A stretch of 63,565 bases of DNA, counting the filler, from Klebsormidium nitens (lineage: Eukaryota; Plantae; Klebsormidiophyceae): the NCBI GenBank assembly GCA_000708835.1. It is 4 parts of 4 records of this genome, joined end to end, with 100 filler letters (N's around TTAATTAATTAA, not from the genome) between each part and the next. Parts side by side here need not be neighbours in the genome. Positions count along the whole stretch, not along the records: positions 51,956 to 63,565 come from DF237933.1; 3 more parts are not named here. One strand, written 5' to 3'. The first letter of the stretch is position 1, and each line of letters begins with the position of its first letter. The position numbers and the translations under genes were made by a program. Shown here one piece after another: positions 56,241 through 63,565 of this stretch. Under the pieces are notes generated by a model. That model searched no databases. It had not been told where the DNA came from and saw nothing but the letters and a program-made list of their open reading frames with translations.

Positions 56241-59200
56241 GAGATGGTGGAAGCAAGGGCGTTGTCCGGATGTACGGAAAAGACCGTCCTTTTGTTTTGA
56301 GCGTGAAATCCGTGTTTCGTGAAGGGAGCGTGAAGGAGGGGACATAGAGAACACTGAGGAGGAAACAACTGGATTCTTGAGTGCCGGGTTCTCGTCGGTT
56401 GAAAATCAAAGCACTTGGATTGAAGCGATTTTAGCGAGTCTATTTGGACGGCATTCGTGTCCTCGCTGGCATCCTTACCTGTCCAAGGAAGCTCCTGGTG
56501 AAGCCATGCTACGTCACTTCAAAGGTCGTTGCTCGAGCTTGAGACTTCTCTTTCAATAAGAGCATCCCAAATGAAAGGCCGCTTCGAAGATGGTTCACTG
56601 AACGGAATCATAAAAGAATCGTCAATTCCTTGCCAAGCTTTTTTCCTGAACAATAGGCTGACCGTCCGCATCTTCCTGTGCTTCAGGCTTCATGAGGACG
56701 GGCAGTGAGCGCTGTGGTGCCGACCAGTTCCGTTGGCCGAGCTGGCAGGTCAGCGTTTATCCCCAACCGCTTTGTCGCCTTGGAACTCTAGTAGCTAAGG
56801 AACAAGCGAGCGAGACATTGTTGGTCCCACACCGGTCAGTAGGCCGGTTGATCTCTTCGAAAATTGTCAAACCGTTGGTTCAGTTCCGCAGGTCACATGA
56901 AAAGGCACTAGCGGAACACCTTTCAAAATCAAGATCACCCACAGCAGTCTTAACTTTGTACTTTTGGAAGCAGAGCGCGTCAGACTTTTCGGTTCGGTAG
57001 TTTCTCAGGATGCATATATTCAGATCTGCATCTCAATCTGGTCAGGGTCATCCTTGAAATAGAAGGGGTAAAACACCTGCGTCATCAAAGATCGTTTGCA
57101 ACACAAACTTAGCTCGCTCCTGTCATCTTCACTTAGCGACTAGCGTCTAAAGCCTCATCTCGTCGAGCGAGGTCTCGTCCCCTCAACAAGTGTCTGGTAA
57201 GCTTGCGTGGACCCGTCCAGAGATCAAGTATCAACTCACGCAGACATGTTTTGTGCAGTGCTCTATTGAGGCGGTCAAGAACGGGGCAAGCTTTCACAAG
57301 AGGGCCTGGGCGGAGTGGGGTACGTCCACCGGAGGGGTGTCGCTAGGTGAGTCGCAGCTATCAAAGGGTTCCCCTTGCACCTGATCACAACCCGTGCTTT
57401 GTGATCCGCACCAAAGAATGTTTCCAGTTGGGCTCTGGATGCGACATATGCGCTGCCAAGTCGGGCAACATGCGACTATCGACATCAGTTTTTGCGGTTA
57501 CTGTCCTTCAGGTTTAACGTGAACCTTCTCCGTGAGCGGTCTCAACTCAATACCAAAGCAGAGAGTGCAGTGTACCATTAGAGGTGCTTTGGTCAGGGAG
57601 CAAAGGACGATGCACGTGATTGTATCGTTGTGTATCCTATTGTATCGTATTTGTCATTCTCTACTGTACTGTTATTGTTTGTCGATTGGCGGACCTGAGA
57701 GACTTCGCGCCTTTTCAAGTCTCCAACAACCCTTCAAAAGCAGTTTGGTAGTGTTAAGTTGATTGATTTCGTATGACCCGCCAGTACTCGTGTTTCTTCT
57801 ATGCGGATGTTTTCTATCAAAGATGTCAACAAGCGAGACGTTCACACATTGTAGAATCTCTTCTCTCCAGGTATCGCTTACGAGGTCCTTCCGTTGTGCG
57901 CCGCCGTCAAAGCTTCTGGGGGGCTGCTTGACAACCGACTGGAAGTGGAGACCACGGATTCGGTCTGGTCTTGGTGCAGCGCTCTGCGAGGGAGGGGCAT
58001 TCACGCCCTGCGATGCCCGTTGTTCTGGTGCGTACCAACCCCCCTTTCTTTACTTTCTTAGGTGGCTACGTCGTCCGCTTTGATTTTCCAGACCGGCAGA
58101 CCACAGTTGGTGCACGCGAGTATTTGTTGGACCTGTCGTACTTTCTTCAATCTCTTTCTCAGTCCTGTTACGATCACCGAACTTGCAAAGGTTGAGATTT
58201 GGCGGGTCCCGGGCTACTTTTTTGTTCGGGACGCTTTGACACAGCGTCGCTTGCATCCGGTACTTTTCGTTTCGGCGACGGCAGTCGCATGATCGATCGA
58301 TTCCATCATAAACGCATCCCCGGCATTGCGAGGCTCAGACTGTACCGCTTTTAGAAGAGTCTTCTTCTACAACAACCGGCTGTAGTCACTTGGCACCGCA
58401 GAGAGAGACGACTCAGGAGATTAGACGAACTCAGAATCGCAAACGTGAAAGATTTGACTGCGAAGTGTCGGTTCAGGTTGAACGGGATGATCACGATATT
58501 CTTTGCCGCAGCTCTCATCGGCTATGCTGCGATCGCGTTCTTTGCAAGCTACGAAGGAAAAGGAAAGCTGGAAAAGAGGATTACACGCTCCCTCTGATCT
58601 GCAACAGTTCTCAGCTTCCTGTTTCCGTCGCCTGCCGACTGCGCTCACGCCCCTCTTGTCCCTCCACAGTCCCAGTTGGCGCCTCCTGGGCAACGCGACC
58701 GAGGAGCTGGCCCACCCCAGATCGCCGTGGGAGGCGTCTTTGGCGGGGTGGTGCAGGCGGCGCGCAACGGGATGCAGGCCGAGGTGCATCAGTCATGCAG
58801 ACTGCGCGAGCTCAACCAGGCGCGCGAGGTGGAGAAGCTGAGGTCCTGGAGGAGCAAATCTAAGGTGAGCCTGCNNNNNNNNNNNNNNNNNNNNGTGTCC
58901 TGGCAATGGACGCAGGTGCCCAGTGACACTTGAAAGCAAAGGCAAGAAGGCCCGTTCAGGCGCAAGAAAGGACGTGAACCCGCCACATGCTATTTCTCTT
59001 TACCACCATAAGATCGCGTCATATCGGGTGGGGAAAATTGATCTTGGTTCAAGGCACGTAGTTCGTTTAACCCCTTTCCTCGGAATTATTGAAGCAGTAC
59101 TCTCCGGAATTATGCCAGACGAATTTTGTGAGGTACAGCATCCAAGCGTGGAAGGACCTTGCTACGCGAGCGGCTCGGAAAAAGTGCTTCTGTCTCGCAT

Positions 59201-62200
59201 CCCCTTTGATCCGTCAGGAGTATACGGGCCACTGGGTGAATATTGGAAAGTTGGACTAGACTCGGCACAGTCGGCTAGGCAACTACCGAAGCAATCTTCT
59301 GCAGCATCCGAATCGACAAAGTAAAGGAGCAAGTGGAATTTTGTTTCGTTTCAGAAACGTCTGGCGAGACGATTGTTTGGGAATCAAAAGCACGAATCTT
59401 GAAGCGTTGATGTGAGGCGTTTTTGGATTCGTCCATCGGATTTGTCCTGTCCTCTTGAATCTTGACTCTTACCTCTTCTCGTCACCCTTGTGATTAGTAT
59501 GGCCTTCAAACCGCAACATCAATCTGCTGTTATCTTTTTTGCCTGAGCGTTTGTTCTTCGAGTCGAGCCACGAGTGCCACTCTTCAACGGCTGCTCGTAG
59601 TCTATATTGCTCCGTTTGGTTCTGATCCAATCGGATCCAAAGTTCGTCGCCTGGAAACCCTGGAAGTTACTGCCGTCTAGCTGAAGAAGAGCTGAGTGCA
59701 ACTCGTTGCCTAGGTTCGCAATCGGCGCAATCATCCCTGCAGGCGAAAATGGGGGCCCAAAACATGGCCTAGCCGCTGCAAGTCTCCCGCTCGCAGCTTC
59801 CCCACTCCCTCTCCGGTCTAGTTGTCGGGCACCCGCCCTTGGTCATCGTCGTGTTGGTGCTCGTCGGGCTGACAGCTGTCACTGTTGCGCAGGTGGCAGG
59901 CGCGGGTCCGGTCGCCTGACGCGCGCGCAATGCGCGCATACCTGCCGCTGTATAATGGAGGTTCCGGCCCGGATGCCAAGAGTGGGGATACCCAGGTGAG
60001 CAGCTACGGAGGCTGGGGCTTGGTTGCGTTCCATCAGAGGCCGGAAAGCGTTAAGCTTGAGGAGAAAAGTTTAGGATGCCGGAGACTCAAACACCTCGTC
60101 AGGACTGACATGACGAACAGAGATCTGCACAATTGTAGTAAGTATGGGGGCAGCTGGAAGAAAGATGCTAGCGGCGCGCACTAGGTTTTGGGTTGGGAAC
60201 TGGCGGCTTTGGTTCTTAAATTGTGTGCGTAAGAAGCCAACGTTTGAGACGATCTCAGGGGAAGGACGCGATGTCTAGAAGTCCAGTCTGGTCTGTCCAC
60301 TTTATGTTGATGACGAACTTCTATGGGAGAGTCTTCCCAGTTCGAGGCGAATGTAAATAAGGTCTCCCTTTGTCCTCAGTCTTTCTCCTGAGTCATGCGG
60401 GTTTGAGTAAGTTGAAAGCGATTTACTCAAACTGAAGCCTGACTCCCTGCCGATGGCAAACTCAGCTCTTTCACACGAAAGCTCTAATTCCGGACCGTGA
60501 GCAATATTCTCCAGAATTGTGCACCACTAGCAGCTTTACATGCTTGTGAGCCACCTACAGGTCACGCATCCTCCCGGCAGCTGATCGACCGGCAGCGTGC
60601 CACTCTGTTGACTCCATCCCTGCGTCCCCACCTTCTCTGCCGGTCAAGGCGCGAGTCTCAGACGGCTTTCGCTACGAGGAGGATTAGCTCCACCAACTCA
60701 GGACTGAAGGTACAGGGGACCCTCGGAAGCGAGCTCGACCTGAAGAAGATTACTTGCTTCAAGCGTTTAATGATAGGGCAATTTGTGTACGATCGGAAGG
60801 GTACTGCCTAGGGACTCGGTTTTCTGCCTAAGTCTGGGCAGAAGTTCCCGACGCACAGTGACGTGCTTTATTTGTTGCACAATATTCTATTTATTGACCG
60901 CCTGAAAGATACGGATCATGTCTAATTAGTCTAAGACGCTGCCACTATCCCTCTCGCTCGGTCGACATTGTGTCGGCTCTGCTTTTCAGCGTCGATTTGC
61001 TTGACCTAGTGACCCTAGGATGCATGCATGTACCATACTTGATTGAACCAGGACATGTGCACAAGATGTATACAAATCTAGCTACTGCCAGCGCTTTCGA
61101 TGCATTGAGTTGGCACTGAAGCCTGTTATGCGAAGTCGTCAAAAATTGCGCCGGTCGGCCATCGGCGGCGGCGCCCTCCGAGCAAAGGCATGAACCAATT
61201 GTGATGAAAATAAAAGGTATTGATCTCGTATGCCGGCTGGCAGCCTTATATAAGGTGAGAGCAATCTATTAGTTCGTCCAGAGTACGGTCTGGCAGGCTG
61301 GTACCGTATACGTGGTGAATCATGTTTCCAACGTGCATTGATGCAATCTCACTCTATAATCATTCCCTACGCTGATCAGTACATGCCCTCGATCGGATCG
61401 AAGTTATACTAACCGCTCTAAAGTCGAAGCACCGATCGTCAAATTACCATATGCAACGTACGCCATGCTCAGCTCAAGAGAACGTGTTAAAAAGAAATGC
61501 AGATTGCGGAAGCCGCGCCACGCTGCGCGGCCTCGATCTAGTCAAAACGTCTTTAGACATGCGGCCGCCTATAGAGGACAATTATGCAAACCGCTTGCTT
61601 CGGCGGCCGTGCGCGACTGCATGAGGCCCACGATCACAGCATTGCGTGCTGTGTAGCTTGATAAGCGAAGAAGCGAATCAAGACTTACTCCAATCAGGAC
61701 TGTATTTATGTGTTGCAGTGTGGACAGAAAGCCCCCAGTGTGAGCAGCTTGCATTGGGTTGCACTGGCTGCCAAGGGGATCCCTCTTAAAGTTCCCGGAC
61801 CGATCCGCGCCGAGAATGGAGCGGAACCGGAACAAATAAGTATACGTGTCCCACTTCATTCGCTAGACTGGTGACGTACCCCTGGTGACGAAATGGTGAC
61901 GCAACCAGTCTCTATCTTGACACCAATCTAACCTCCATTAAAACCTACGACAGGTTTGTGAAGCTCAATCATGGGTGAGTCATGAGTCAATGGTGTCAGA
62001 CTGAAAGGCACAGGGCACCCTGCGACTTGAGACTGCCCACTGCCCAGGCGGCTTCCAAGTTTCAAGCAGAATGTTCAGCAAGCAGAAGGCCCAGGGCCCC
62101 AGAAGGCATGGTAGGAAGGAAGACGCACAAAGGTTCAGCCTTCTTATTGCGTCGAATTGCACGCCAAGTTACACAGGACGCGCCCGTTCGCTCCGAAGGG

Positions 62201-62535
62201 TTCACTGCTTCTATGTTTGAGCTCTCACCTTGGAGACTCAAGGAAGCACATTCGGCGTCCGGTAACTGAGTCAAAGCTGCTTTCACTCCGCTCTGGACAG
62301 TCCCTGTCTCACGCTTTTTTGGAGATTTAAGCATCAGGATGCACGCAGGACGTTAAGTGTTGAACAAAAACTGGGATCATTTTAGATCGTACCCCTGGCT
62401 AACAAGCCTTGTGCCAGTGCACACACGTCCGAGAAGGGTTCCGTCCCGGTTATGAGCTCCCAGTTGTGGGGCTTATGGAGGCACACTGACCTTCCGGTTA
62501 TCGAGCCGACCATTGGGGCCAGCTTTTCTTCACCG

Positions 62536-62877
62536 ACTGCTTCAGAATGTGCTCTAAATAGGGCGTGTCAAACTACTCCAGAGAAGTGCTCTGAACATGG
62601 CGCATCAATACTGCTTCGGAGTCATGCTTTGAACAGGGCCTGTCAAACTGCTTCAGACTTGTGCTCTGAACAAGGCGGGTCAAACTCAGAGTTGTACTCC
62701 GAACAGGACTGCTTCAGAGTGGTGCTCTGAACAGGGCGGGCCGATACTGCTTCAGAGTTGTGCTCTGAACAGGACTGCTTCAGAGTTTGCTCTGAACAGG
62801 GCGGGTGGAAACCGCTTGAGAATTGTGCTGTAAACAGGCCGGGTCAAAATTGCTTCAGAGTTGTGTGCTCTGAACAG
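62536..62877. repeat. Hairpin minisatellite: 10 copies of ACTGCTTCAGAGTTGTGCTCTGAACAG with 1-12-nt linkers
   Basis: Each unit contains TTCAGAG-N5-CTCTGAA; linkers are related (ggcgggtcaa, g, ggcgggccgat). Confidence 0.9.
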
Positions 62878-63565
62878 TGCGCGTCGTAGAAGACTTGTCC
62901 CGCCTCTGAGCTCCCTCAAGGAGCCGCATTGCACCTTCCGGCCATGACCCAAAGACCAGGGCCAGAACTATGTCTACTAGTATAAGTTGCTAAGAGAAAG
63001 AGATATCGCTTTTGGATTAATAAGGAAAATATATCTGACTGGGTGCTTTTGAACAAAGGAGAAAGTTGCTACTGAAGAAAGCACAAGAGTGTCTGGAAGA
63101 GATATCTTGGTGATCATCCTTCGGATTCTTGCCGATCTCTCCCTTTTTCTTTGCAGAAGCCTAAGGAGGAGGCCTTAGCCTAAATTGTTGGATTGCCGCC
63201 CGTAAGAAGTAAGTTGCGGTACAATCTGAAATTGGAGAGATCCAGGTAAGCCTCCTTGTCAAAGTAAGGGTTGTGGGCATGCTAGTCGCTTCTAAGAAAC
63301 CCGCAAGAGCAAGACGCATAAGTCCTTTGTTGTCTGCAAGAGTGATTCGCTGATGCCGCTCCATAAGCAGGGATGGCTGTTTGCCTCTGTCAACAGGGTC
63401 TTCACTGGCAATAGTATTTGAAGGGGCAAACGGCGTCTGTGAGAATCAATTGCTCGAGCAGATTGGGCGTTGGCACTTGAGCAAGAAGTGGTTTTTATCC
63501 TTTTGTCCACAGGGTCTTCACATTTCTTCAACGGCAGTAAGTTTTGACGGGCAAAAGGCGTCTGT

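Noticed and set aside
56600-62400. Genes in the last 7 kb
   Set aside because: Some exon-like stretches (58.3-60.2 kb) exist, but no product or exon chain could be supported.
62536-62877. CRISPR array
   Set aside because: Linkers are 1-12 nt and related to each other, there are no cas genes, and the context is eukaryotic.

Overview
Eukaryotic genomic DNA with spliceosomal GT-AG introns (GTGAGC/GTAAGC donors). By inference it is a green alga or streptophyte alga (Klebsormidium-like). Three artificial 100-bp linkers (N44-TTAATTAATTAA-N44 at about 20.9, 38.2 and 51.9 kb) split the window into four segments, so adjacency across them is unproven. Segment A (1-20.9 kb) has a palindrome-rich foldback element and host-type gene(s) with tRNA-binding OB-fold and trypsin-like domains. 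It also has a 228-bp palindrome and a virus-like module: an intron-containing PrimPol-primase/UL9-like origin-binding-helicase fusion pseudogene carrying repeated origin-like hairpins, an NCLDV-type small gene and a truncated tyrosine recombinase. Segment B (21014-38222) begins and ends with a 20-bp TG..CA inverted repeat and has inner inverted repeats of about 190 bp. Between these, intronless giant-virus-type genes (dCMP deaminase, patatin, PD-(D/E)xK nuclease, MYND protein, two antirepressor-like/wHTH paralogs) are separated by seven co-oriented copies of a 124-bp doubly palindromic repeat, giving an integron-like gene-cassette array. This is the best candidate for an undescribed system. 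Segment C (38.3-51.9 kb) has a eukaryote-type PrimPol gene divergent from a DUF3987-type helicase, next to a CxC5/CxC6-chromodomain-KDZ transposase, a possible self-synthesizing transposon. Segment D has a PPR-like host gene and a hairpin minisatellite. All domain calls come from motif recognition by eye; no database search was run.
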